From contig JBAZQN010000012.1 in the NCBI GenBank assembly GCA_041645165.1, positions 636-64,635 on the forward strand: 64,000 nucleotides of DNA, given 5' to 3'. Positions 39,902 to 50,079 of this stretch are shown in pieces (position 1 is the stretch's first letter; every line of letters begins with the position of its first letter). Both the position numbers and the translations under genes were made by a program. The notes beneath the pieces are model-generated. The model saw only the letters and a program-made list of their open reading frames with translations, had not been told where the DNA came from and did not search any database. The stretch comes from Patescibacteria group bacterium. Lineage in GTDB: Bacteria > Patescibacteriota > Patescibacteriia > 2-02-FULL-49-11.

Positions 39902-40066
39902 GACGTGTCATCCGAGAGCCTAAGTCGAAGGGTTGACACTCATTTGAGCTTTGAAATTTGTCATTGAGATTTTGAAATTCCTTTGAACTTTGTCCCGCAC
40001 TTTGAATTATTTTATCTAAGGTATGCGGGATCCCGCCTGAGCGGTGAGATTTTGAAATTTGTCATT

Positions 40067-40723
40067 ATGCTAGAAGTTCTTCCTGCCATTATCGAAGATA
40101 CCTACGAGGAGGTGGAGAAAAAGCTAAACCTCGTGGCGCCCTTTGTGGACTGGGTGCAGATCGATGTGGGCGATGGCGCATTTGTGGCGCATAAGACCTG
40201 GAGTAGAATTGAAGACCTGTCATCTCTTTCCCTCGAATTGGCGATTGATTTGCATCTCATGGTACAGGACCCGCTCTCGTATGTGGCGCGCGCGCAGGCA
40301 ATACCGCAGATAAAACGCATCACGTTCCATATTGAATCTGCCGCGGAGGGTGCCGCCGTCTGCCATGCGATCAAGCGTGCAGACAGGGAAGCGGGGGTGG
40401 CGTTGAATCCTGATACATCGTTTTCAACACTTGCCAACTTCCATGGTATACTGGATGCACTTCTGCTCATGGGCGTGCATCCGGGATGGGGCGGGCAAAC
40501 ATTTATCCCTCGGACGCTTGAACGGATACGGGAAGCGCGCACACAATATAAAAAAATAAAGATTGGCGTGGACGGCGGCGTGCATCTTCAAAACGGAAGC
40601 GCGCAAGCTTGTGTGGACGCAGGAGTGGATTACCTTGTGGTTGGAAGCGAGATTTTTAACGCTCAAGAGCCAGCAGTAGTGATTAGAAGATTACAACAAC
40701 TGGTTCCTTCTTTTCGATCATAG
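40067..40723 (+). CDS. rpe: Ribulose-phosphate 3-epimerase
   Basis: QIDVGDGAFV, DLHLMVQDP, TFHIE, MGVHPGWGGQ, VDGG. Confidence 0.95.
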   Translation: MLEVLPAIIEDTYEEVEKKLNLVAPFVDWVQIDVGDGAFVAHKTWSRIEDLSSLSLELAIDLHLMVQDPLSYVARAQAIPQIKRITFHIESAAEGAAVCHAIKRADREAGVALNPDTSFSTLANFHGILDALLLMGVHPGWGGQTFIPRTLERIREARTQYKKIKIGVDGGVHLQNGSAQACVDAGVDYLVVGSEIFNAQEPAVVIRRLQQLVPSFRS

Positions 40724-40901
40724 CGATAAATCCCAATGTCAAAATCCAAATATCAAATAAAGCTCAAATGTCCAATGTCCAAGGGTTGGGAATTGGGATT
40801 TTTGATTTTATTGGAAATTGTCCCGCACCATTATTTTCTAAATTTAAGGTATGCGGGATCCTGCCTAAGCGGGAGAAATTGGAAATTGGGATTTACGTCA
40901 T

Positions 40902-41903
40902 ATGTTTGATGTCATCACCATCGGCGCGGCAACCCAGGATGTATTCTTGATGAGCAAGGGTTTTCACCTTATGCGATCTTCTCGCATGAAACGGATATGT
41001 GAGTGTTTCCCTCTGGGCGAAAAAATAAACGTAGAGCGCATTGATTTTGAAACCGGCGGCGGAGCAACAAACGCTGCGGCGACTTTCCGTAATTTGGGAT
41101 TCAGCGCGGGTGTCATTGCCAAAGTAGGGGATGACAGCGCAGGCGCGGCGGTAGTAAATGATTTGCGCGGGAGAGGATTAAAGACTGATTGGGTGCGTCA
41201 CGTGGCGGGGGGCACGACTGGGTTTGCGGCCATACTCCTTACTCCCCACGGCGATCGCACGGCGCTTGTCCATAGGGGCGTGTCCGCCTCGTTTTCCTCT
41301 GCAGATATTCCTTGGCAGAAGCTCAATGCGGCGTGGCTTGTGGTCACTTCGCTTGCGGGAAACATCGCATTGCTCAAGCGCCTTATCAACGCAGCGTGCG
41401 CGCGTGGGGTGCGGGTCGCGTTCAATCCGGGCATGGGAGAATTGCGTTATGGTCTCGAAGTCCTTCGTAAGCATTGCAGCGCCGCGCATGTGCTGCTGCT
41501 CAATCGCGGAGAAGCGAACATGCTCGCCTCGCTGAAGTTCTGGCGAAGCGGGCTCGCGCCAGGCGCGCGTGATATCCGTGCGCTCCGGCGCCGTTTATCT
41601 GCCCGTTTTCAAAATGCCGTCGTGGTCACTGAGGGAGCGCGGGGCGCGTATTATTGGGATCAACGCCAGTTCTTATGGGCGCAGAGCAAAAAAGTGAAGG
41701 TGGTGAATTCTACGGGCGCGGGCGATGCATTTGGCGCCGGATTTATTTCTGGTATACTGCGCTGGCGTGACCCTGCGCGGGCGCTGCAACTGGCGACACT
41801 CAATGCGCTCGGCACGATACAACAGATGGGCGCTAAAAAAGGGTTGCTTACTAAATGGCCTACGCAAGCTATACTGGATGGAATTAAGATAACGTCATTA
41901 TAG
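40902..41903 (+). CDS. PfkB-family carbohydrate kinase
   Basis: GGGATNAA, VGDD, NSTGAGDAFGAGF. Confidence 0.94.
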   Translation: MFDVITIGAATQDVFLMSKGFHLMRSSRMKRICECFPLGEKINVERIDFETGGGATNAAATFRNLGFSAGVIAKVGDDSAGAAVVNDLRGRGLKTDWVRHVAGGTTGFAAILLTPHGDRTALVHRGVSASFSSADIPWQKLNAAWLVVTSLAGNIALLKRLINAACARGVRVAFNPGMGELRYGLEVLRKHCSAAHVLLLNRGEANMLASLKFWRSGLAPGARDIRALRRRLSARFQNAVVVTEGARGAYYWDQRQFLWAQSKKVKVVNSTGAGDAFGAGFISGILRWRDPARALQLATLNALGTIQQMGAKKGLLTKWPTQAILDGIKITSL

Positions 41904-41904
41904 A

Positions 41905-42022
41905 ATATTCAATTTTTCAATTCTCAATTTTACAATTTTCACTCAATGATTCAATGATCCAATTTTCAAACATTGAAAAATTGAAAATTAATTGAAAATT
42001 GAACATTGAAAATTGGAAATTA
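41905..42022. repeat. AATTTTC/GAAAATT heptamer element (no insert)
   Basis: ttttcaattctcaattttacaattttc...gaaaattgaacattgaaaattgg. Confidence 0.8.
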
Positions 42023-42032
42023 TTAATAAATT

Positions 42033-42668
42033 ATGAATACACAAAAGGAACAAAAGAAGAATATTGGTTGGCTCAAGTATACGATATGCGTTTCAGGCGC
42101 TGCGGGCGGTCCCGTGGTGACGCAAGCGGCGATGGATAAAGCAAAAGAAATAGGCCGTGAGATCGTGCGGCACGGGTGTGTGCTCGTGACGGGCGCCACC
42201 ACCGGCATCCCCTATGCGGCTGCGCAGGGAGCAAAAGAGTTGGGTGGCATTTCCATAGGCCTGTCCCCCGCCTCCTCCGAGCGGGACCATATACGCCATT
42301 ACCACCTGCCGACCAAGTACTTTGATTTGATCATTTATACAGGATTCGATTATTCAGGAAGGAACCTCCTGCTCACCCGTGCTTCGGATGCGGTGATCGT
42401 CATTAATGGAAGGATAGGGACGCTCAACGAGTTTACCATTGCCTTTGAAGATCGGAAACCCATCGGGGTGCTTATCGAGAGCGGCGGTTCTGCTGATTTG
42501 ATAAAAGGGATTGTGAAGGCGGCGCAGAAAGGCGCGGGGAAAATTATCTATCACAACGAGCCGAAGGTATTGGTGGAAAAAGTGCTTGCACTGGTCAGGA
42601 AAGAAAAATTAATGAAGCCTCCTCTAAGCGAATACTTTTTGAACCACCATTATCATGGAAATGAATAG
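42033..42668 (+). CDS. LOG/SLOG-family protein
   Basis: VTGATTGIPYAAAQGA, SGRNLLL, GRIGTLNEF. Confidence 0.88.
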   Translation: MNTQKEQKKNIGWLKYTICVSGAAGGPVVTQAAMDKAKEIGREIVRHGCVLVTGATTGIPYAAAQGAKELGGISIGLSPASSERDHIRHYHLPTKYFDLIIYTGFDYSGRNLLLTRASDAVIVINGRIGTLNEFTIAFEDRKPIGVLIESGGSADLIKGIVKAAQKGAGKIIYHNEPKVLVEKVLALVRKEKLMKPPLSEYFLNHHYHGNE

Positions 42669-42876
42669 GATGGGAAATCCCAATGACAAATTTCAAATGT
42701 CAAATGAATATCAAAGCTCAAAATCCAAATTTGACATTGGGGTTTTGAATTTTATTTGAACTTTGAACTTTGTCCCGCACTTTGAATTATTTTATCTAAG
42801 GTATGCGGGATCCCGCCTGAGCGGTGAGATTTTGAAATTATGGTGATGGCTGGTCGCAATAACCTTGTTATTTTTT

Positions 42877-43827
42877 ATGAAGAGTCGAAATAAATATGAT
42901 TTGATAATTGTCGGTGGTGGTGCCGCAGGATATGCCGCGGCGCTCTACGCGAAACGGTATGAACTTTCTGTGTTGTTGATAGAAGGAGAAACTCCCGGAG
43001 GAGAAACCGCAAATGCGGGATTAATTGAAAATTATCCCGGTTTTGATGCGATTGACGGGTATGAGCTCTATCAGAAATTCCGCAGCCATGCGCTCAAGTT
43101 CGGCGCTGAAATCCAATCGGGCAGGGTTGAGAAAGTGACACAAGAAGGCCATCAGTTCAAAGTGTCCGTAGGGGGACAAGGCGAGAAGGAAGGCTTATGC
43201 ATTATATTCGCCCATGGTCAGGCGCGCAGGAGATTGGGGCTTCCAAGCGAAGATCGCTTAACCGGCAAAGGGGTATCTTACTGCGTCACCTGCGACGGGC
43301 CATTGTACAAAGGGAAGACCGTGGGGATTGTGGGAGGGGGCGATGCGTCGGTGAAAGGAGTAAATCTGCTTACTGAATTCGTTCATAAAGTTTTCTTAAT
43401 TGTTATGCTGGGGCAAGTGAACGCAGAACCTATTAATTTTCGGCTCATGCAAAGCAAGGGTGACAAGGTTGAAGTGTTATACCATACGCAAGTAAAAGAG
43501 TTATTAGAAGAGAGCGGAAAATTCGCGGGAGTGAAGCTCTCACCGGGTTATCAAGGAAATGACATCCTTAAGCTTGATGGGTTGTTTATAGAAATCGGCG
43601 CAGTGCCGGATCGGGCGCTTCCCGCATCTCTGGGGGTGGCGCTCGCCGAGAGCGGGCATATTCACGTGGACCAATTCATGCGGACGAACATCGCGGGTAT
43701 TTTTGCCGCAGGGGACGTGACGGACGCCACGGGATCATTCCGCCAGATCGTCACCGCGGCCGCGCAAGGGTCCATCGCGGCGACCAGCGCGTATGAGTAT
43801 CTGAAAATCCTAAATCCGAAATCCTAA
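42877..43827 (+). CDS. trxB: Thioredoxin reductase
   Basis: GGGAAG, IENYPG, GVSYCVTCDG, GIFAAGDVT. Confidence 0.95.
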   Translation: MKSRNKYDLIIVGGGAAGYAAALYAKRYELSVLLIEGETPGGETANAGLIENYPGFDAIDGYELYQKFRSHALKFGAEIQSGRVEKVTQEGHQFKVSVGGQGEKEGLCIIFAHGQARRRLGLPSEDRLTGKGVSYCVTCDGPLYKGKTVGIVGGGDASVKGVNLLTEFVHKVFLIVMLGQVNAEPINFRLMQSKGDKVEVLYHTQVKELLEESGKFAGVKLSPGYQGNDILKLDGLFIEIGAVPDRALPASLGVALAESGHIHVDQFMRTNIAGIFAAGDVTDATGSFRQIVTAAAQGSIAATSAYEYLKILNPKS

Positions 43828-43911
43828 ACAAACTCAAAGCACAAAATTCAAAGGTGAAACAGTTTTGTATTTCGGATTTGTTTAGAGTTTAGTGTTTAGT
43901 ATTTAGAGTTT

Positions 43912-44055
43912 ATGCTATTAAGCGACCTCTGCGAATGCGGCTCTGGTTTAGTCTATGGCGCGTGCCATGGTTCCATGGAGCCGTGCGACTGCGGATCCGG
44001 CGATCCTGCGGGCAGCTGTTGTTATGACGTTGACAATGGCGAGGAGGAAGAATAA
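43912..44055 (+). CDS. 47-aa miniprotein of two tandem SEC-C-like metal-binding motifs (below ORF-track cutoff)
   Basis: MLLSDLCECGSGLVYGACHGSMEPCDCGSGDPAGSCCYDVDNGEEEE. Confidence 0.8.
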   Translation: MLLSDLCECGSGLVYGACHGSMEPCDCGSGDPAGSCCYDVDNGEEEE

Positions 44056-44160
44056 CAAAAAAGCAAAATGCAAAACTCAAAATTATGGAGTCCCGCAAAG
44101 CGGGACAGAATTCTTTCATTTTGATTTTTGGTCTTTGATTTTTGCATTTCACACAAAGGT

Positions 44161-44805
44161 ATGTCCTTTCCCCACCGCGTGAGACCAGGAAGGCGCGCCC
44201 AAGCCCGCCTGTCTGGGCGCAGGACGAAATGGTTCTTAGGAGCCGCGGCGCTGTTGCTTGTGTCAGGCGGCGTTCTTTTTTTATATTTCACCAGAGGGAC
44301 CACCCTTGTGCTAGATAGTGCGGACGTGTCAGGTGAAGCCTCATCCACCGCCCAAGACATCCCTCCTGCCGGAAGCGATGAGTTCATGCCGCCTTTTTCG
44401 GCGGACACGTTCGAAGGGAAACGTTTTTCAGTGGCGGAGTATGAGGATAAAACCGCGGTTATTATTGATTTTTGGGCTTCATGGTGTTCGTTTTGCGTAA
44501 AGGAAATGCCGCTTATACAGCACATGGCGGATTTGTACGGGAAAGACAAGCTTACCGTGGTCGGCATTCATCGCGGCGACTCTGAGCCTGTAGAAAAGGG
44601 AGTAGCGCTCGCGGCGAAGTTAGGGATAAAATATCTCCTGCTCCAGGATCCTGAAGGGAAATATTTCAAGTTGCTCGGGCAGGGGAAACCATTCATGCCG
44701 CTTACCATATTTATAGACCGCGAAGGGCGCATAGTGGAGCGGCGCATCGGCCCCAAAACGGCGGAAGAAATACGGGTGAGCACGGCGAAGATCATAGCCC
44801 CATGA
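44161..44805 (+). CDS. TlpA/ResA-like membrane-anchored disulfide reductase
   Basis: TM helix; DFWASWCSFCVKEMP, MPLTIFIDREG. Confidence 0.92.
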   Translation: MSFPHRVRPGRRAQARLSGRRTKWFLGAAALLLVSGGVLFLYFTRGTTLVLDSADVSGEASSTAQDIPPAGSDEFMPPFSADTFEGKRFSVAEYEDKTAVIIDFWASWCSFCVKEMPLIQHMADLYGKDKLTVVGIHRGDSEPVEKGVALAAKLGIKYLLLQDPEGKYFKLLGQGKPFMPLTIFIDREGRIVERRIGPKTAEEIRVSTAKIIAP

Positions 44806-44974
44806 GGGGAAATTCTAAACTCTCTCGTTACGCGAGATCTGGCGTAGCCAGATAAATTCTAAATACTAAACAAATCCAAAATCCAAATTACCGAAATTCA
44901 AAACGATTTTGGGCATTTGGGTTTTGAGCTTGGAATTTATTTAGGATTTAGGGCTTCGGATTTAGAGCTTCTCA

Positions 44975-45922
44975 ATGTTTTTGCACACTTTCCATCCTTC
45001 TCCCATTCTTTTTTCTTTTGGTCCCTTTTCCGTCCACTGGTACGGTCTTTTCATGCTCGCAGGCGTCGCGGCAGGCTACGCAATTGCGCGGCGCACGTTT
45101 GCGTGGGCGCGCGTTTCCCCCTCGGTCCTTGATCGTCTCGTCACTGCGCTCATTCTGGGCGGCTTCATAGGCGCCCGACTCTATCATGTCCTGAACGTAT
45201 TCGGGTATTATTGGTCGCATCCTTTGGACGTGTTCGCCGTGTGGAAAGGGGGTCTTGCGATCCACGGCGCGCTCTTGGGAGGATTGATTGCATTGTGGTG
45301 GTTTGTCGGCAAGCGTACACACCCTGTCCCGATATGTCGGGACATCCCTCTCAAGAGGGGATTTCGTACGGTCGAGTCCCCTCCTACGGAGGGGTGGCCG
45401 CAGGCCGGGGTGGGTGGTGCCCGCGAAAGGTTGTGCACATGTTTACTGATCACCGACCTCCTTGCGCCTTCCGTCGCGCTCGGCCAGGCGATTGGCCGCT
45501 GGGGAAATTATTTTCGGCAGGAGCTCTATGGCCTGCCGACTGACCTGCCGTGGGGAATTCCCATCGATGCTGCGCATCGGCTCTCTGATTTCACGCAGTA
45601 CAAATATTTTCATCCCGTATTTCTCTATGAGTCAGTGTGGTTAATCATTGTGTGTATTATCCTTCTTGTCATCCTGAGCGGAGTGATGCGGAGCAGAACA
45701 GAGTCGAAGGATCTCCGGCGAATGCCGGTCGGTCGCATCTTCTTCCTCTACCTCATCCTTGCAGGACTCGGGAGATTCTTCATAGAATTTTTACGCATCG
45801 ACCCGATGCCGCTGGTGTACGGCGTGCGCCTGCAGCAGCTCGTGAGTATAATCTTAATAATGGTAGGATTTGGTGGAATTGTTTGGATGCGGCACCTGGC
45901 TCGGGGAGGAGAAGATAATTAA
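44975..45922 (+). CDS. lgt: Prolipoprotein diacylglyceryl transferase with two in-frame repeat insertions
   Basis: HWYG, GARLYHV, GGLAIHG, GQAIGRWGNY, HPVFLYES, GRFFIEFLR. Confidence 0.95.
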   Translation: MFLHTFHPSPILFSFGPFSVHWYGLFMLAGVAAGYAIARRTFAWARVSPSVLDRLVTALILGGFIGARLYHVLNVFGYYWSHPLDVFAVWKGGLAIHGALLGGLIALWWFVGKRTHPVPICRDIPLKRGFRTVESPPTEGWPQAGVGGARERLCTCLLITDLLAPSVALGQAIGRWGNYFRQELYGLPTDLPWGIPIDAAHRLSDFTQYKYFHPVFLYESVWLIIVCIILLVILSGVMRSRTESKDLRRMPVGRIFFLYLILAGLGRFFIEFLRIDPMPLVYGVRLQQLVSIILIMVGFGGIVWMRHLARGGEDN

Positions 45923-45927
45923 TTCTA

Positions 45928-45956
45928 TTGCATAAAACAGAAGAAACGTGTACGAT
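45928..45956 (+). promoter_or_regulatory. Sigma70-like promoter ahead of the LAGLIDADG gene and tRNA
   Basis: TTGCAT-17 nt-TACGAT. Confidence 0.55.
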
Positions 45957-45981
45957 AGCCAGTGAAGAAATACTGCATATC

Positions 45982-46656
45982 ATGCCAAAATATAAAGCAA
46001 AAAATGAAAATTTTTTTAAACACTGGTCGCCTTCGATGGCATATACACTTGGTTTTTTCTGCGCAGACGGTTCGATGTTTGTAAATCCACGAGGGAGCAG
46101 GTATGTTGCCTTTTACTCAAATGACAGGAATGTGCTTGAATTTATTCGCAGGGCTATTGGTGCGGCACATAAAATAAGTGTCAAACAAGTAGGGAAATTC
46201 GGAAGGAAATCGCCAGCATATTTTCTTCAGATTGGGAGTAAAGAAATGTTTATTGACTTGTCCCGAATGGGTATCATGATCAATAAGAGTAAACGAATGG
46301 TGCTTCCAGATATTCCTGAGGATTGCTTCTCTCCTTTTGTGAGGGGTTATTTTGACGGAGACGGCAATGTCGTGTATGGTCTATATAAAAGAAAAGCTCG
46401 GCCCCATCCTGCGAGGATATTACGGGTTAGCTTTACTTCAGGGAGCAGGGGGTTTCTTAAATCGTTATCGGAAAGATTATTTAGTACGTTACAGATTGAA
46501 GGTGTTCTAAGTTATTACGGGAGAGCATGGCGCCTTGTGTATAGCAATCGTCCATCATTACACTTATTGGAGTTTATGTATGCGCCTCGCTTAGATCAGC
46601 TTCCCGTGCTACAAAGAAAATTTGAGAGGTTTATAAAAGCGAAAAAATATATGTAG
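45982..46656 (+). CDS. Free-standing two-motif LAGLIDADG endonuclease-like protein
   Basis: AYTLGFFCADG and PFVRGYFDGDG. Confidence 0.88.
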   Translation: MPKYKAKNENFFKHWSPSMAYTLGFFCADGSMFVNPRGSRYVAFYSNDRNVLEFIRRAIGAAHKISVKQVGKFGRKSPAYFLQIGSKEMFIDLSRMGIMINKSKRMVLPDIPEDCFSPFVRGYFDGDGNVVYGLYKRKARPHPARILRVSFTSGSRGFLKSLSERLFSTLQIEGVLSYYGRAWRLVYSNRPSLHLLEFMYAPRLDQLPVLQRKFERFIKAKKYM

Positions 46657-46731
46657 GGGCCGGTGGTGTAGCCTGGTTTGCACACCTCCCTGTCACGGAG
46701 GTAGTCGCGGGTTCAAATCCCGTCCGGCCCG
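46657..46731 (+). tRNA. tRNA-Asp (GTC), CCA not encoded
   Basis: Acceptor gggccgg/ccggccc, anticodon arm cctcc-ctGTCac-ggagg, T arm gcggg-ttcaaat-cccgt. Confidence 0.97.
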
Positions 46732-46837
46732 TTGTGTTTTTCACCACCTTGATAGAGGGCGGTGATATTATTTTCGATTGACTAAAGTCAATTTTTGCTG
46801 TATAGTAGAAACAGACAGTGCGAAGGAAAAAACAAAA

Positions 46838-47029
46838 ATGCAGTTTCAAATACAAAAAAGCGCGCAGGCCAACCACACGTCTATCGAACAACAAGAGCGG
46901 CCAGAATCCTTGGACCTGGAATCATCGGTCGATGATTTTAGGTTTGAGAAGGAAGTGTCGCAGAGGCACTCTTTATTATTTTCGTCGTTCTTCCGCAAAC
47001 CTCCGCGCCCACTCCTCTGGCCGTATTAA
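46838..47029 (+). CDS. Small hypothetical protein (63 aa)
   Basis: TTGACT-17 nt-TATAGT at 46778-46806, AAGGA upstream, terminator hairpin at ~47060-47085. Confidence 0.5.
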   Translation: MQFQIQKSAQANHTSIEQQERPESLDLESSVDDFRFEKEVSQRHSLLFSSFFRKPPRPLLWPY

Positions 47030-47717
47030 AAAATGGCAGAAATTGGAATATAAACTTAAATAGTCGCCATTATGGCGATTTTTTATTTGGCTTCACGCTC
47101 CCAGCTTCTAGATTTTAAATTCCAACTCCTAGATGCCCATACCCTTGACATGCGCCGCAGATCGTGTTAATCTTCCCTGTTTTAGCAATCCCAAACAAAC
47201 CAACAATATATAACAGTGTAACAGTCTAGCAATTCAACAGCATATCGATGTAACAGTTTAACACTGTAACAATTTAACAATTCATCCAACAAGGGCTCTC
47301 CTCTGGTGGTTGGGGTGTATACACCCAGAGTGAGCAATAACTTCTCTATCCAGATCTGCGTTTATCTGCGTGTGATCTGCGAAGATCGGCGTTATTGTAC
47401 TCTTTCCCCCCTAACCTCCAGTTGCGAGTTCTGGTTTCAAGAACTCATTGCGGCTGGAGGTTGGTTGTTTTTCATCCCGCACCGAGCCTGCCTGAACTTG
47501 ATTCGGGGATGCGGGATCCAGAGGACACCTCTTTCGTCATTCCGGATTTATTCCGGAATCCAGAAAAAACAAAAATACAATAACGATATTTCATTTCCGT
47601 TGGGATTAAAGCATCTTTTCATGTTTTGCTTTCAAGGGGAATGAATTAGAGATAGCAAATTGAAAATTCAGAAATTCAATGATAGAACAATAAAATAAAA
47701 AGAAAGGTAGGTTTGTT

Positions 47718-48383
47718 ATGGCAGAAGAAGCGGAAAAACAGACAAACGCCGGGCCGATCACGGTCAGCAAGGATGTGCTCGACATCGTGATCAACGAGGC
47801 CATTCGGCCACTTGCGCGGCATCTGGTGATGTCCCTGCCAGATGATGTATTAAAGGATCGTGCAAGATTGTGGTCGATGGCTACTCCGGCGCTCGCGTTT
47901 GCGGTGGCGCGGGCATTGCCGGACAAGGGGGTCTGGAAGACGGTGGACATTTTCCAGAAGGAATTTTTCTCCGAGGTCGGGCAGGCGTTGCGCGACCGTG
48001 CGTCCGGCATGCTTAAAGAAATTGCCACGCACGAACCGAAGATTGCGCACTTGCCGAAGGCCGAGGCGGTTTCTTTTGGATTGGTGTTTACGACCCTCGG
48101 CAGGACATCGCAAGGCGTGGCAGTACTTAAGAGGATCGGATCTTACGGAGGGGACGGCCTTGCATTGTACGCGCATTTTGCTGGCATCCCGGCGGCCCAG
48201 CTTGAACAGCAATTGAGAGGGTTGAAGCCAGAGGCGGTAGACGCCCTAATGCTTACCTTCAAGAAGCCGGAAAAACAACCCAGCGCCCCGATCTTGCCAA
48301 AGATGACAGCTAAACTCGACGGCTGGAAGAGTCGGGCGCGGCAGGCAGCTGACAAATACAATAAAAAGAAAGGATGGTGGTAA
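47718..48383 (+). CDS. Hypothetical helical protein
   Basis: 221-aa ORF with AAGGTAGGT upstream; no recognised motif. Confidence 0.75.
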   Translation: MAEEAEKQTNAGPITVSKDVLDIVINEAIRPLARHLVMSLPDDVLKDRARLWSMATPALAFAVARALPDKGVWKTVDIFQKEFFSEVGQALRDRASGMLKEIATHEPKIAHLPKAEAVSFGLVFTTLGRTSQGVAVLKRIGSYGGDGLALYAHFAGIPAAQLEQQLRGLKPEAVDALMLTFKKPEKQPSAPILPKMTAKLDGWKSRARQAADKYNKKKGWW

Positions 48384-48386
48384 GTC

Positions 48387-49628
48387 ATGGAGTTCCTCGA
48401 GCTATTTCATTCCTGGCTGGCCTACCAAGGTCGGCGGATCCAATGGACGGTCAGGTTTCTCGGTGCCACCGTCCTTATCACGGCAGTCCTTATCTCCTGG
48501 GGATTGTTTGTGCAAATGAGCATTGGGCTCATCATCGTAGGCGTACTGTTTTCGTTTGTGGGGTTCGTGCTGTTTGGGATACTCCGCCATTTGATTTTAT
48601 TGGTATTAGCTGAGGCGGCTGGGGAATTGGTGACGAAGACCCGCGAAGCGATTCAGACGTATTTGAAATTCATGGGGGTGGTGGTATTGAGCGAGGCGAT
48701 CGGGCTGAATTATCTGGGGCTCGTTTTTATCTTCGGGACACCGGATAAGATTATCTTCGGTCTGATTTCGCTCGCAGTCCTGATCCTGCTTTTGGGCGGC
48801 GGGATCAAGGGGGAGAAATTTATTCCCACCGTCACCGGACTCGCCTGGGTCGAGTTCGGTCTCGCAACCACATACCTCATCGCGCCGGAGGAGTTAAGGG
48901 CTCTCTTCGGGGAATTGAGACAGCTTCCATTTTTGGGGAATCTTGCATTGGTTGCTCTTGGTTACCTTGTGGTAAGCAAGGTCGCTAGGAAGAGAACTGG
49001 GCAGAGTGCTTCGGGTTTAACCACCGCCACCGTCAGCTCAACTACAACGCCAGCTTCGGGGTACGGTAGTGGTGCCAGCAAGAGCAAGGGGAGCGGGCTG
49101 TTCGGCTTCCTCATTTTTCTCCTTGTTCTTGGGGCGGCTGTCGGTGGCATTCTCTTCTTCACGCTTCCCAAGGAGAAACTGACGCCGGAGTATCGGGCGG
49201 AGGTTTTCGGGGCAGTGAAGGGAGAGGTCGGGAAGGTAACCAGCGAAGTCAAATCTCGCTTGGATACTTTCCGCGGCCCGCAAGCGCAAGCCGCACCCGC
49301 ACCCAAGCCAGCAGCCGCGGCGCCTATGAAGCTCTCCGTCGATCTTTCCGGTGCACGCGTTCTTGTGTATCGGGAGAGTGATGGAAGTGCACAGGGCCAG
49401 TTCATCGGTCCGGTGCTTGCGACGGCTATGACTGGCACGATCTCTCGGGACGCGGGAGGACCCGAGACGATTAGTGTGGCGCTGTGCTTTTCGCGACACG
49501 ATAGTGTCCTTGCTGTCGCCTCCCATCCGTTCAAGGAGAACGAAAGCTACACCTTCAAGTCCTCTGGAGTGCCCTACGTGTGGGCGCCGAAGGGGACGAA
49601 GGGAAAAGTCAATTTGGTTCTAAATTAA
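48387..49628 (+). CDS. Hypothetical polytopic membrane protein with C-terminal beta-rich domain
   Basis: About seven TM helices, S/T/G linker, Ala/Pro linker. Confidence 0.8.
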   Translation: MEFLELFHSWLAYQGRRIQWTVRFLGATVLITAVLISWGLFVQMSIGLIIVGVLFSFVGFVLFGILRHLILLVLAEAAGELVTKTREAIQTYLKFMGVVVLSEAIGLNYLGLVFIFGTPDKIIFGLISLAVLILLLGGGIKGEKFIPTVTGLAWVEFGLATTYLIAPEELRALFGELRQLPFLGNLALVALGYLVVSKVARKRTGQSASGLTTATVSSTTTPASGYGSGASKSKGSGLFGFLIFLLVLGAAVGGILFFTLPKEKLTPEYRAEVFGAVKGEVGKVTSEVKSRLDTFRGPQAQAAPAPKPAAAAPMKLSVDLSGARVLVYRESDGSAQGQFIGPVLATAMTGTISRDAGGPETISVALCFSRHDSVLAVASHPFKENESYTFKSSGVPYVWAPKGTKGKVNLVLN

Positions 49629-49649
49629 AGCTCGCGTTGAGGACGTGAG

Positions 49650-49688
49650 AAAGGCCGGATAGATCTTTTATCCGGCCTTGATTTTTTT
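49650..49688 (+). terminator. Intrinsic terminator
   Basis: aaggccggata...tatccggcctt then a T run. Confidence 0.75.
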
Positions 49689-49742
49689 ATTTATTTCTGT
49701 TATGATATAAGTGTTTTATACCCAATCTTTAACTAAAAAAGT

Positions 49743-50069
49743 ATGCTTACCTCTGCGATTCAGCAGTTTGTAGCCCAGCTCATGACGGATGCCGGGCTCG
49801 ATGCCCTTGCGCCAGAGTTCAAAGAGGATTATGCTGAACAGCTTGCTGCACAAGTAGAACGTCGCATTGGGATAAAAGCCGTGGGGATGCTTGATTTCAA
49901 AGGTAAGCAAGAATACCTCAAATTTATCGAAAAATTCGAAAATAAAGTGCCAAATCCCGAGGAGGCGCATAAATTTTTCCAGCAGCATGTGACGGATTTT
50001 GACACGAAAATGCAGACCGTACTCGACGATTTTTCAAAAGAATTCTTATCATCTATTAAGAAAGATTAA
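49743..50069 (+). CDS. DUF5663-like small helical protein, copy 1
   Basis: AGLDALAPEFKEDYAEQLAAQVERRIG...FFQQHVTDFD; family recognised by eye. Confidence 0.75.
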   Translation: MLTSAIQQFVAQLMTDAGLDALAPEFKEDYAEQLAAQVERRIGIKAVGMLDFKGKQEYLKFIEKFENKVPNPEEAHKFFQQHVTDFDTKMQTVLDDFSKEFLSSIKKD

Positions 50070-50079
50070 TATTGTTTAT

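Noticed and set aside
38384-44160. Long N-terminal extensions of dsbA, rpiB, rpe and the TlpA gene (and likewise ychF) in the ORF track
   Set aside because: They are read-through of promoter or repeat DNA; family homology starts at downstream ATGs
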